DNA from: Macrostomum lignano
Lineage: Eukaryota
Reading direction: 5' to 3'
NCBI GenBank assembly: GCA_002269645.1
Contig: NIVC01002267.1
Span: 94,247-158,246 of the forward strand
Length of the DNA: 64,000 nt
Below the pieces are notes generated by a model. It was given only the letters and a program-made list of their open reading frames with translations. It did no database searches and was not told the origin of the DNA. Positions 32,601-43,681 of the stretch are shown here, in pieces. The translations under genes were made by a program, and so were the position numbers. How positions within the stretch are numbered: position 1 is the stretch's first letter; each line of letters begins with the position of its first letter.

Positions 32601-35600
32601 GCCCTTGACAGTCATCAATCGTCAGATCGACGACTGGGCTGACTCCCTCCACAGGGACAGATGGGCGGGCACCCAAAACTGCCGGCAATCTCGTGCCGCG
32701 GTTCCTTGCCCGTCTCACAGGCTCAGAAACATCCTTCTGAACCAGAATCGGAAGGATATTCGAGCCCTTGTCATGACCCTTACCGGCCATGGCTACCTCG
32801 CCAGGCACTGCTTCCTCCGAGGCGACCTCGAGAGCGAAATTTGCCCCTTTTGCGAGTGCGACAATGAAGATGCTCAGCACTTTGTCTGTCACTGCCCTTT
32901 CTTTAACAGAGACCGGCTACGCTACCTCGGGCCGAACCCGTCCATTGACGAGGTTTGCCAGCCCGACAGCATCCCACGGCTCATCCAGTTCCTTCGGGCG
33001 ACTAGACGAGCCAGTTTCTTCCCAACGGAAGATCACGCTGCAGGACGGACCGGCGGACCACCCTGACCGGCCCCACGCCTCTGCCTGTCTGCGGGCCTTC
33101 AGGGGCTAGCGGAATGGGCGACCCTCGCCTCCCCGCTGTGTCTACGGACCACCCTGCAGCTAAGTCAAGTAAGTCAAGAAGAGCCCCAAATCGACTATAG
33201 TTTTCGTAGTACAGTTTGAAAGCCCCAGATCGGCCATAGATATGTATTTAACTCAAGGACAACTTGATCAAGTTATCAAGGCCGATCTTGATTTAACTCG
33301 TATCTAGAGCCCCAAATAGATCATAGATTTCGTAGCGCAGGTCGGGAGCCCCAAATTGACCATTGATTTGGTATTAGTCAGCGCCCCACATAGATAATAG
33401 ATTTCGTAGTGCAGGTCGAGAGCCCCAACTCGACCATAGATTTCGTAGTGCAGGTCGAGAGCCCCAACTCGACCATAGATTTCGTAGTGCAGGTCGAGAG
33501 CCCCAAATCGATCATAGATAAATGTATCGGTCATGTAATTTCGCATCGGTAATGTAGCGGTCAAAAGAATACAGAAAAGTTTCCTACCAATTTAGCTTCG
33601 GATCGTTCATTCCTCTTTTTTAGCGAGTCCAGCTCCGCCCTAAGAGTTGCGACATCTTCACCTGTGGCTTGCTGGAATTAAACAGTTTTTTAAGGATTCT
33701 ATGACTTCTAAGACTTCTATGTTTCGAAAAAAAATATTTGATGAATAAATACTCGGTCGTTTCGACTCACTTTCGAGATGCTCTTCTTTTGAGCCTGCGG
33801 ATTAGCAAAGCGAAATGAAAAAAATCATGAACAGAAGTTTACAGAGTGCAATTAAAGTGCAATTAAGATATTTAAAAAGATCTTAAAAAATCAGCCCTTC
33901 ATCTCACCCCTAGAGCCTTCGCGCTCTCAGCTTGAGCCTTGCGCTTCTCCTTAATGAGCTCCTTGGTAGATTTGTTCACTTTCTTATCGCTACATCTCTG
34001 CTTGCCCCACAGCTCGACAATCGTGTAGGAGTGCTGCAGGTACTCCAGCAGTTGCTTTGTGGCCGGTTTAAACGAGTATTGATGCTCGAATTCGAAACGA
34101 GGATTCACTGGCTTAGCCACTTCGCCCGTTTTTGTGTATTGATCTTCCAGGTAGAACTTATACTGACAGAAGTACTGCAATGTGCGGTTGTGCGAGAGAG
34201 TGAGTTGTGGGGTGGGTGTCGCATAGTGGGTTGGGTGTCCCACAGTGGGGTGGGTGTCACATTGGATAGCGAGATGGGTGTCGCATTGGATAGCGGGGTG
34301 GGTGTCGCATTGGATAGCGGGGTGGGTGTCGCATTGGATAGCGGGGTGGGTGTCACATTGGATAGCGAGATGGGTGTCGCATTGGAGAGCGGGGTGGGTG
34401 TCACATTGGATAGCGAGATGGGTGTCGCATTGGATAGCGAGATGGGTGTCGCATTGGATAGCGAGATGGGTGTCGCATTGGATAGCGAGATGGGTGTCGC
34501 ATTGGATAGCGAGATGGGTGTCGCATTGGATAGCGAGATGGGTGTCGCATTGGATAGCGGGGTGGGTGTCACATTGGATAGCGAGATGGGTGTCGCATTG
34601 GAGAGCGGGGTGGGTGTCAATGCAAAAGTTCGGCAAGCACTTACGCTTGCAAACTTAGCAGACAGGTCTCTACCGCCGTGAATTTTAATTTTGAAGTTCA
34701 AGGCCTGTCCAAGAAGGTCTTCTGGCTCGGCGTACTCATCCGTCAGCTCCTCCCAGTTGTCGCCGCAGGGTCTCAGCTCGATGTCCAACTTGCCCTGGTC
34801 TTCGCCGCGGAAGTCGGTGACATTGAAACTTTCGCTAACCTCAATTAGGTAGGCAAGGCTCTGCAGGTACACGTGAATGGTGCCAATGATGATTGGGGTG
34901 TCCGGCGGGTCCCAGAAAGGATCTTTCTCTTTGGCCAGCTCCCAGTCTGCCCCCTCAGTGTAGTTCTGGTACATGTCCTGCATCAGGTACTTTCGGTCGC
35001 TGAACTTTTCTTTGGACCAAAAGAACTCGTTGTTGTTGTCCAGGTTTTGTACGCTGACGCAGACCTGAAATATTTATTGATAGGTCTTCTGAAGTCTAAT
35101 TTAGTCACTTAATTTGGTTGGGTGAATGCTCGGTTCAGTGAATGCTCGGTTCAGTGAATGGTCGGTTCAGTGAATGCTCGGTTCAGTGCATGCTCGGTTC
35201 AGTGAATGCTCGGTTCAGTGAATATCAAGTACAGAATGCTTCATCCCCAGGCTCACCTCAGTCCGGCCTTCGCCCTCTCTCAGTCCCCTGCCCTGGGCGG
35301 AGACCAGCACCAGTTCGAACCAAACCCGCCGGTCCATCTCCTCAGACATGGCGTTGGCCTCTTGCAGCTGCGGGTACAGCTTCACCAAATCGTCCATGAG
35401 TAGCATGTCCTCTGGAATGAGTAGCGAATCGGGGAAAGCTTGGGTTTATGCTTGTTTGTTGAGTTAGCAAAGAACAGATGCTGGCAAACACCCGACACTC
35501 GGTCCTCTGAAACTTCTCAGTAGCAATCCGACCCACTCAGATTAGCGTCTCTTCTCAGCTCTCCTCTCTTTTTTTCTTTCCTCTCCTCTCTCCTCTACCC

Positions 35601-38600
35601 TCTCCCCTCCCCCTCTCCCCTTCTCTCTCCTCTCTCTCATCTCCCCTCTCCCCTCTCCTCTCTTCCCTCCTCTCTCCCCTCCTCTCTCATCTCCCCTCTC
35701 CCTTCTCCTCTCTCAATTTCTCTCTCCCCTCCTCTCGTCTCTCCTCTCATCTCCCCGCTCGTCTCCCCTTTCCTCTCTCATCTCCCCTTCTCTCCCCTCT
35801 CCACTCTTATCTCCCCTCTCTCCTCCCTTATTCTCTCTCTGGCCCACAGTTATGCGGGCCAGATTCTATATCTGGCATTTAACTTAAAAAGTTTGCCGAC
35901 CCCAGACAGACTGACCTGCACTGTTGCTCTTGGCCTTGTCACCCAACAGTCCCATCACCCCGGAACTCTCAGCAATCTCAGACTGGGCCTCTTCAAATGT
36001 CGGCGGCGAGACGTCCTGCCCGGATTTGACCTGCTTCGCGTAGTCAACCGGATGATGGAAGACGTACAGGTGATTGGTCCCGAACAGGACTCGGTCGTGA
36101 TGGCGCAGCTGAGTCTCCTGGTTCACCTCCTGGCCGTTGACGAACACTTTGGCGAGATCGATAGGCGTTACCGTGACAGAGCCGTTGACATTCTTCAGAA
36201 CAGCGTGTCTGGCTTGGATGCTGTTGTTAAGGGCGAGGAGGTGGAACTTTTTAAGTTCAGTAGCAATCGAGTGGCTTGGTGTAACGGAGTGGGATGGGTG
36301 TCTAAATGATTAGGGTGGTTGTCTAAGGGAGTGGCTTTGGGTGTCTAAGGGAGTGGGGTGGGTGTCTAAGGAAGTGGGGTGGGTGTCTAAGGAAGTGGGG
36401 TGGGTGTCTAAGGAAGTGGGGTGGGTGTCTAAGGGAGTGGCTTTGGGTGTCTAAGGGAGTGGGGTGGGTGTCTAAGGAAGTGGGGTGGGTGTCTAAGGGA
36501 GTGGGGTGGGTATCTAAGGGAGTAGGTTGGTGTCCAAGGGAGTGGGGTGGGTGTTTAAGGGAGTGGGGTGGGGTGGGGTGGGTATCTAAGGGAGAGGGGT
36601 TGGGTGTCTAAGGGAGCTAGTGTGGTGGGTGTCTAAGGGAGTGGGGTGGGTGTCTAAGAAAGTGGGTGGGTATCTAAGGGAGTGAGGTTGGTGTGCAAGG
36701 GAGTGGGGTGGGTGTTTAAGGGAGTGGGTGGATGTCTAAGGGAGTGTGGTGGGTGTCTAAGGGAGTGGGGTGGGTATCTAAGGGAGTGGGTGGATGTCTA
36801 AGGGAGTGGGGGGTCTTTGTCAAACGAAACTTTGACTTTTCTCTCACTTGACTCCCTTCAGCTGGAAGTCGCCGTCTCTGCCCACAGTCTGCACGGCTCC
36901 GGGATCAACGAATTGCACGATCATGCCGGACAGAGCTGCGTCCTCGTTAAGATTCCACAGATGCGGCACGTTCTTCTTTCGCTCGCTCTCCGCTTTTCGC
37001 TCCTGAATTTGTTCCTGCGCTTCTGCCTGCGCCTGGGCCAGCTTCTCAGCCCAGGCTCGCTCCATCGCTTCCATCTCCTCTTGATTCTTCTTCATCAGCT
37101 CGCGCATTCGCTCCTCGGACTCAGCCTGGTCCTCGCCGGTGTCACCGCCGCCGTCGGTGATGTCCCCGCCGCCACCTCCTCCTGCCTTGAGCATCGCCAT
37201 CAGTCTGGAGTTCTCCTCTCTGAGCTCCCGGATCAGCTTATCAGTTGGGCTCTCGTTCACCACGGCTTTAGTCTTGATGGCTTTGGCTCGATCCGCGAAG
37301 CGCAGAGTTGACAGGGTCTCGTCGAAGTTGATGTCGGCGGGAGAGAGGGCGGCGATCTGCAGTAGGGACGTTTGATGGTGTGGGTTTTTAAATTTGATGG
37401 TGTGGGATTTTAGTTTGATGGTGTGGGTTTTTGGTTAAATGGTGTGGGTTTTTGGTTTAATGGTGTGGGTTTTTAGCTTGATGGTGTGGGATTTTAGTTT
37501 GATAGTGTGGGTTTTTGGTTTGATGGTGTGGCTTTTTGGTTTGATGGTGTGGGTTTTTAAATTTGATGGTGTGGGTTTTTTAATTTGATGGTGTGGTTTT
37601 TGGTTTGATGGTGTGGGTTTTTTAATTTGATGGTGTGGTTTTTGGTTTGATGGTGTGGGTTTTTGAATTTGATGGTGTGAGTTTTTAGTTTGATGGTGTG
37701 GGTTTTTGGTTTTATGGTGTGGGTTTTTGAATTTGATGGTGTGAGTTTTTAGTTTGATGGTGTGGGTTTTTGGTTTGATGGTGTGGGTTTTTTGGTTTGA
37801 TGGTGTGGCTTTTTGGTTTGATGGTGTGGGTTTTTGAATTTGATGGTGTGAGTTTTTAGTTTGATGGTGTGGGTTTTTGGTTTGATGGTGTGGGTTTTTT
37901 GGTTTGATGGTGTGGCTTTTTGGTTTGATGGTGTGGGTTTTTGAATTTGATGGTGTGAGTTTTTAGTTTGATGGTGTGGGTTTTTGGTTTGATGGTGTGG
38001 GTTTTTTGGTTTGATGGTGTGGGTTTTTTAATTTGATGGTGTGGTTTTTGGTTTAATGGTGTGGGTTTTTGGTTTGATGGTGTGGGTTTTTAGTTTGATA
38101 GTGTGGGTTTTTGGTTTTATGGTGTGGGTTTTTGAATTTGATGGTGTGGGTTTTTGGTTTGATAATGTGGGTTGTTGGTTTAATGGTGTGGGTTTTTAGT
38201 TTGATGGTGTGGGCTTTTGGTTTTATGGTGTGGGTTTTTGGTTTGATGGTGTGGGATTTTTAATTTAATGGTGTGGGTTTTAGTTAGATGGTGTTGGATT
38301 TTGGTTTGATAGTGTCGTTTTAATCGTTTTGTAGTGAGGGGGTTTGCTACAGGCTACATTCACCGCTGTCACAAATTGTCATCAAGAAGAGCCTACCATG
38401 ACAGTTTTACTGTTGCCTCCAAGAGCATTCTGCAGCAGCTTGGTCAGCACGGAGTCCCTGAAAGGGACTGGAAAAGGAACAAAAACGATTATAATCATAA
38501 TATTCACAATCAGAATATAATTAGAACGCACAAAGGTTGACACTGACCCATCACTTTGGAGTTTCCCGAGCTCTGATCCGCCAAAGCTTTGATGCAGTTG

Positions 38601-38904
38601 CCCAGCGTGCTGAGCGACAGATTGATGGCGGATCCCTCCTTCAGGCGGTCCCCTGTGGCGCCAGTTGATTCCGCTCGCTCGCTGCCGGTTGGTAAGTAGT
38701 TAGCAGTAGTGTGTTTCGCTTGTTTAGGTTTCAATCACTTATAATTTATTTAGACATATAAATAGGCGAATAACTAACTTACTAACTGACTGACTAACTA
38801 ACTAACTAACTGACTAACTAACTGTCAAACTAACAGACTAACTAACTGACTAATTAACTAACTAACTAACTAACTGACTAATTAACTAACTAACTAACTA
38901 ACTG

Positions 38905-38935
<31 letters not shown>

Positions 38936-40414
38936 GACTAATTAACTAACTGACTAATTAACTAACTAACTAACTAACTTACTGACTAACTAACTAACTA
39001 ACTTTATCCTCACCTGCCAGCCAAGTCCACCAGATTCATAACCGAAGTTTTGGTCATGTTTTGACCACCGGCGCCTTGGCTCTTCTGCACGAAGCTGATG
39101 GCCACAATGGTATGCGCCCGGCTGCTGGTGGCGTTCATGTTGGTGGCCGCCACAGTGCGGTTGTGCGAGCCGTCCGCAATTTTGGCTTCAATCTGAGCAT
39201 AGCTGCTCACGGGTGCGATAGTCAGCTGCTCAACGTAGAAACCTTTTTTTGGATGCTGACGAACTTTGAGTCCGCCAACCGTGGATTTAGTTACTAGCAG
39301 GTCGCGCACCTGCTCATTGTAGATCTCAGTCATGGACAGGGACACTTGGAACTCCTCTCCAGCCTGCAAACTCGGCCGTTTCTCGTCTATTGCCCGGAAC
39401 AGTTCTTCGCACGCGACGGGCACAATGCCCTTGTTAGCGCCGTACCCAATCATTGAGTAGGATTTGCCGCTGCCAGTCTGACCGTAGGCGAACAGGCTGC
39501 AGTTGTAGCCTTTCCACGCGTTGTCAAGGACGCCCCGGCCAAGGTCGTCGAATACGCGTTTCTATGCATGTTATTCGGCAGCATGATTCGCGATCGAGTT
39601 ATCTTGATGGGGACTAAATCAGGGGTCGGCAAACTTTTTACCTCAAGGGCCCAGATAAAAAGATGAAAGAAGGTATGAGAGGTCGAGATAAGAGATCGAT
39701 GAGAGAAGAGATGAGAGAAGAGAGAAGAGGAAAGGGAAAAGACAAACCCTGAGCTATTGTGAAGTTCCAAAGTACCCGAGAGCCGGATAGTGAGGTTTTT
39801 CAGGCCGGAGTTTGCCAACCCCTGGGCTAAATTGATAAGTACCTCGTATAGGAAATTCATAAGCATTATGCATATTTGAGTTTATCCAGATAGTAATTAT
39901 TGCTGTACCGTAATTAAGACAAATTGGTTTATAAAGAACTCATCTTTTTGGCGGTTAACCTACAGTCTTCTGAGACATAATTGATTTAGATAGAAATCCA
40001 GCCAAAATGTTTCATTACTTAGCTAATTATTCTGAATTAAAACGAATGGGAAACCCACCTGATCAGCATATTTAGAATTGGCGGGCTCCAGGTAACCATT
40101 TGTCTTCTCTTTAAATCCATCGTGCGACCAATAGGAATAGTCGAATGCAAACTTTTTATCCTGACCTGAACTCGGATCCGTGATGCAGGTCTGGTTGCCG
40201 CTCATCTGAATGATCAGCTTGCTCTGCCGGCTGACTTCGCGGTCATTGTGTCAGAATATTAAGTTTGCGAATAGAGTTAAGGAGTTAAACATAAAAATAA
40301 TTTTGAGTTGAGCTCAACTTAAGTTAAACCTAGAGATAAAAAAATACATACCTATGAATACAGTTTCAATGGAAACACACAATTTCAAATAAAAACTAAA
40401 GGATATAAAATATA

Positions 40415-40445
<31 letters not shown>

Positions 40446-40816
40446 TTATAATAATAATAATAATAATATTAATAATGATATAAATAATATTTTACTTTAA
40501 CTTTTTACTAATTATTAATGATCCATCATACCCTTATTAATATTCGCTATTTGCCTGTAACAACAATGCCCATAAAATAAAGTAAGATTTTATAGATTTT
40601 TTACAATTTCTCATCTAGGTTTTTGCCCTGCAGAGTAGTGCTGCTTTCAATCGTATGCAAACGAGAACATTTTTGATCATACATTACATACATGGTATTG
40701 GTAAAAAAATAAACAAAATGAATTAAGTGGCATTGAAGTTTTAAGTATATTTAAATTGAATGACAAAAGGATATGAATGGCCGCACACGGACTGCAACCT
40801 TTACGTTGTCGGCCAT
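26694..40816 (-). CDS. KIF28: Kinesin-3 family, KIF28-like; 11 exons (40816-40775, 40247-40059, 39561-39014, 38681-38548, 38467-38397, 37356-36848, 36220-35916, 35411-35257, 35064-34645, 34174-33908, 26879-26694)
   Basis: [14 protein letters not shown]|[62 protein letters not shown], an FHA region ([16 protein letters not shown]) and EKDPFWD. All phases are consistent. Intron 1 is AT-AC, the rest GT-AG. The KIF28 subfamily assignment is by recognition, not by search. Confidence 0.9.
27220..27418 (+). repeat. About 39-bp GAGCCCCAAATC..ATAGATTTCGTA array, left part (interrupted by the LINE)
   Basis: The same unit continues at 33179-33520. Confidence 0.85.
27419..27672 (+). ncRNA. HDV-like self-cleaving ribozyme at the 5' end of the retrotransposon
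   Basis: P1 GCACGCG/CGCGTGT with a G1-U wobble, P3 GGG/CCC, L3 TACTCGT, P1.1 AC/GT, P4 GGCAG/CTGCT, J4/2 CAGAC and P2 CCCA/TGGG. Confidence 0.85.
27894..29360 (+). CDS. Retrotransposon ORF1 (488 aa; central DUF4780-like domain, low-complexity ends, no CCHC knuckle seen)
   Basis: Intact ORF directly upstream of ORF2. The central region [34 protein letters not shown] resembles the ORF1 of LOA/R1-type elements. Confidence 0.85.
   Translation: MASSASLTPAEAGAPATPAGDSGTSAAPPGADGLAAGSAGDMPARATGPSAEARRTRNQRRNERRRRLRGTAGRPPAEGEPREGEAAVGPKGTTATPAPQDTTPAGEPPSIPATSAAGPSGTAATNYASKVKLQPAVIVFGEEQDLTADELDSAWRTIDAALIDQLLAGRPVSVVKSAKTDGCIFIWCSSEESSRNLRELLPKLNWPKKLGKLVFASEGERQKTQRFRVWIPAGSAIKSGDQLRQILLKLHPDLKVNGLLHHATSRKEKGATVILGLSDDWAKRLPLKSTIHIGLTQLTILRCEERKADEAKNAKASETGTGAQAPPAKKPRQTADPMPGKAVRAAETGNRNRRPARSTRRSGLIQRALDQAKNLRAHRERARASRAPPQQPEGQTLSGEAPTDWFESVTHQEAGATRIDLTDEAEGTGSDSTEARRRGDGNVHAGLTSAEDSTATLTAEDAETPMEVCGSPTTEKEEDDLLNDSPTA
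29363..33066 (+). CDS. Retrotransposon ORF2: AP endonuclease, reverse transcriptase, RNase H, CCHC; one frameshift at about 31716-31719
   Basis: LQINLQH, LVQEPW, GDINAHH, SDH; KAPGPDG, RPISL, QGGVLSP, YADD; YTDGS, SDSQAAL, WIPGHAG..GNELAD; [14 protein letters not shown]. Confidence 0.95.
33179..33520 (+). repeat. About 39-bp array, right part
   Basis: GAGAGCCCCAACTCGACCATAGATTTCGTAGTGCAGGTC units. Confidence 0.9.
34240..34620 (+). repeat. 24-bp minisatellite (GGTGTCGCATTGGATAGCGAGATG) in a kinesin intron
   Basis: Direct periodicity. Confidence 0.95.
35120..35225 (+). repeat. 16-bp repeat (TCGGTTCAGTGAATGC)
   Basis: About 6 units in a kinesin intron. Confidence 0.85.
36290..36810 (+). repeat. 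About 22-bp minisatellite (GGGTGTCTAAGGGAGTGGGGT)
   Basis: Direct periodicity in a kinesin intron. Confidence 0.9.
37370..38310 (+). repeat. About 21-bp minisatellite (GATGGTGTGGGTTTTTGGTTT)
   Basis: Direct periodicity in a kinesin intron. Confidence 0.95.
38770..39004 (+). repeat. (TAAC)n microsatellite
   Basis: Direct. Confidence 0.95.
39620..39824. mobile_element. Non-autonomous hAT-type MITE
   Basis: TIRs CAGGGGTCGGCAAAC / GTTTGCCAACCCCTG (14/15 match) and an 8-bp flanking duplication GACTAAAT (39612-39619) / GGCTAAAT (39825-39832). Confidence 0.85.
40248..40774 (-). other. U12-type (minor spliceosome) AT-AC intron, kinesin intron 1
   Basis: 5' splice site ATATCCTTTT at 40774, branch site TCCTTAAC at 40283-40276, 3' end GACAC at 40248; removal restores RVRPF|NDRE. 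Confidence 0.93.
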
Positions 40817-42799
40817 CGAGTCGTTTGACCTTTGGGATGGTGTAAGACGGAGACAAAATAATAGTGCAATTCTTTTTCAGTTTGAAAAAACTAATATCCA
40901 TTGAAAATACTCAATACAGCTCCTACATGCATCTAAAGAAAACTATTAAGCAGTATAAAAAATAATAAACTACAAAAAAGTTTCAATTTTGTATTACATC
41001 AAAATTCCTAAAATAAATCGATTTTTTTGTTATAATTGCTTGCGTTGCAAACCGGGTACAGCAATCTTAATTTTCTATGGTGACGACCTACTGATCTGAA
41101 GCATTATATCTAATACTTACTTACTTAGACCTACCTACTTATGCTCCTTGGTTCCGTAGCGTACGTAACATAAAAAACGAATTAAAAATTTTCGGACAGT
41201 TTCTCATGAAAACGAAAAGTGCATGTAGCTCGGTAGTCCTTTAATTTATGCTCACAATTCCAGACTTCTTTATATGCAGTCGAAGCATTTAAACCATTAA
41301 TCAATGGATTTTTATCATACTTCAATTTAACTTGACTACTTGTAGAAGCTAAGATGTAACTCGAAATATAGACATAATTATTGGAAAATGTGTTATGCAC
41401 AAAATGCGTGTATTGCGCTTTGATACTCGTAGAATTCAGCTTGGATGGCATGCACGGCTTAGAAAATAGCAATATCTACTTAAATTTTACAGTGCATTTA
41501 CAGTTACCATGTTTGAAGTTTAAACTTCCAAATAATTACATGTGCACATACGTGAGTCAAAACATGCAGGGGGTGTTGTACGCGTACATCAGACACAAGG
41601 GCAACTAAAGCAACGTATATCATGTACTTTAGTAGTCTTTGATTCGAAATCAGTTACTGTAGTTACATGTATTCATACATATCAGCATGCAGCGTTCATC
41701 ATCAAGCTGATCTGTAATCCCACTGTCAAGTACTGCAAGAAAGTCAAATCTTTTGTCACATTGTCGTCTAGACATCAATGTACAACTTGCACTCGGGCGT
41801 GCAGTAAGAAAATTAACACGAGCATGTGATGAAGACTAATTGAGTCAGGCAAAAAATGTTCTGAGCACAGAAAAACAAAAAGAAATAATTTATATTTCAG
41901 GCCGAATGCTCAACGCCTAACTACATGTGTAAGGAACAAAAATTATTATATACATGTAGATTATTTTATACGGCATGTTCAGTATATATAAGCTCAGACC
42001 GGAACTCTGATTGCTCATTATTCAATATAGGACACAAATAAAGAAGTTTTCTGAAATGCTAAAAATGTAAATTGTTTACGATGCTTATATTTAGTAATTA
42101 TAGAATCAAGCAAATCTACACGTACCCTCGTATAGGCCCATAGTACGAAGTATTATAATTTTTTCTCTATAGATCAGCTATATAACTCAAGAACAAACGA
42201 CCCAGGAAACCAAAAAAATACGTGCAATTTCGTGACTTTTTATTAACAGCCTCCCGATAAAAACTGCAGTGTGAATCAACTATCACAGGAGATCGTGCTT
42301 ATTTACGCTTAGACAGTTGCAGTGGGGGTCTCAGGAGAGACGTCAGTTGGAGACGTCAGTCATCTCTGGGGAGACGTCAGTTGGCCCGATTGCAACGCTG
42401 CACACTATAAATTAGCAACTCTGTTGATTCATTACAGTTTTTTTCTGAACGTAATAAGTAAAAATCTCTGGAATTTTTCGACAATTTACTTTTAGTTGGG
42501 CAGGAGACTATGGGACACATTTATCAGATAATACGAATATTTAGAATCGCAACACGCGAGTATCAGATCGAGCATACACAGCTTGCTGACACAAATTTCA
42601 AGCGGGAAAGAGAGCGCAATTAAAATGAGATTAAGACGGCCGGACTGCGATTCGAAAAGTTGACAAGCAGATTTAGATTTTATATATTTAGAGATAAAAG
42701 CCTCAGTTAGGAGATGAGGGGAGAATTTGGGAGAGGATGAGAGGAAGTAGAGATGAAAAGAAGGAGAAAAGAAAAAAGAAAAACACATTGAGACGGTAA

Positions 42800-43650
42800 A
42801 AGTTGAAAGGGAGAAAGGGAGAGGGGGAGAGGAAGAGAGGGAGGGAGGGAGAGAGATCGAGAGGGGGAGATTATGAGAGAGAGGAAGAGATGTAGAGGGG
42901 GAGAGAGGGAGAGAGGGAGAGAAAGAGAGAGGGAGAGAGGGAGATAGGGAGAGAGGGAAAGAGTGAGAGAAGAAGAGGAGGGAAAGGAGAGGGAGAGAGG
43001 GAGGGAGGGAGAGGGAGAGAAGAAGAGGAGGGAGAGGAGAGGGAGACAGCAAGATTTGGAGAGAGATCGAGAGAGGGAGATTATGAGAGAGAGGAAGAGA
43101 TGGAGAGGGGGAGAGGGAGAGAGGGAGAGAGGGAGAGAGGGAGAGAGGGAGAGAGGGAGAAAGGGAGAGAGAGAGGGAGGGAGAGAGGGAGAGAGGGAGA
43201 GAGAGGGAGGGAGAGAGGGAGAGAGGGAGAGAGAGGGAGAGAGAGAGAAGGAGTGAGGGAGAGAGGGAGAGGGAGAGAGGGAGAGATGGAGAGAGGGAGA
43301 GGAGAGAGGGAGAGAGGGAGAGAGAGAGAGGGAGAGAGGGAGAGAGGGAGAGAGAGGGAGAGGGAGAGGGAGAGAGGGAGAGAGGGAGAGGGAGAGAGGG
43401 AGAGAGAGAGGGAGAGAGGGAGAGAGGGAGAGAGGGAGAGAGAGGGAGAGAGAGAGAAGGAGTGAGGGAGAGAGGGAGAGGGAGAGAGGGAGAGAGGGAG
43501 AGAGGGAGAGAGGGAGAGAGGGAGAGAGGGAGAGAGGGAGAGAGGGAGAGAGGGAGAGAGGGAGAGAGGGAGAGAGGGAGAGAGGGAGAGAGGAGAGAGG
43601 GAGAGAGGGAGAGAGGGAGAGAGGGAGAGAGGGAGAGAGGGAGAGGGATA
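42800..43650 (+). repeat. GA-rich (GGGAGAGA)n low-complexity tract
   Basis: Direct. Confidence 0.95.
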
Positions 43651-43681
43651 CAGGGTCTTGCAGAGCAGCTGTCAGTCCAGT

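Larger units (their letters stand above)
27419..33178 (+). mobile_element. Full-length non-LTR retrotransposon, LOA/R1-like (I group), 5760 bp, antisense in the last kinesin intron
   Basis: 15-bp TSD AAGAGCCCCAAATCG at 27404-27418 and 33179-33193; ORF1 plus ORF2 (APE-RT-RNaseH-CCHC); (TAAGTCAAG)2 tail. Confidence 0.95.

Noticed and set aside
28716-32892. Minus-strand ORFs within the retrotransposon
   Set aside because: Short antisense shadows of GC-rich ORF1 and ORF2.
40023-40205. MSGNQ as the kinesin start, or a truncated or pseudogenised kinesin 5' end
   Set aside because: The missing [10 protein letters not shown] exon is at 40816-40775, joined by an AT-AC intron.
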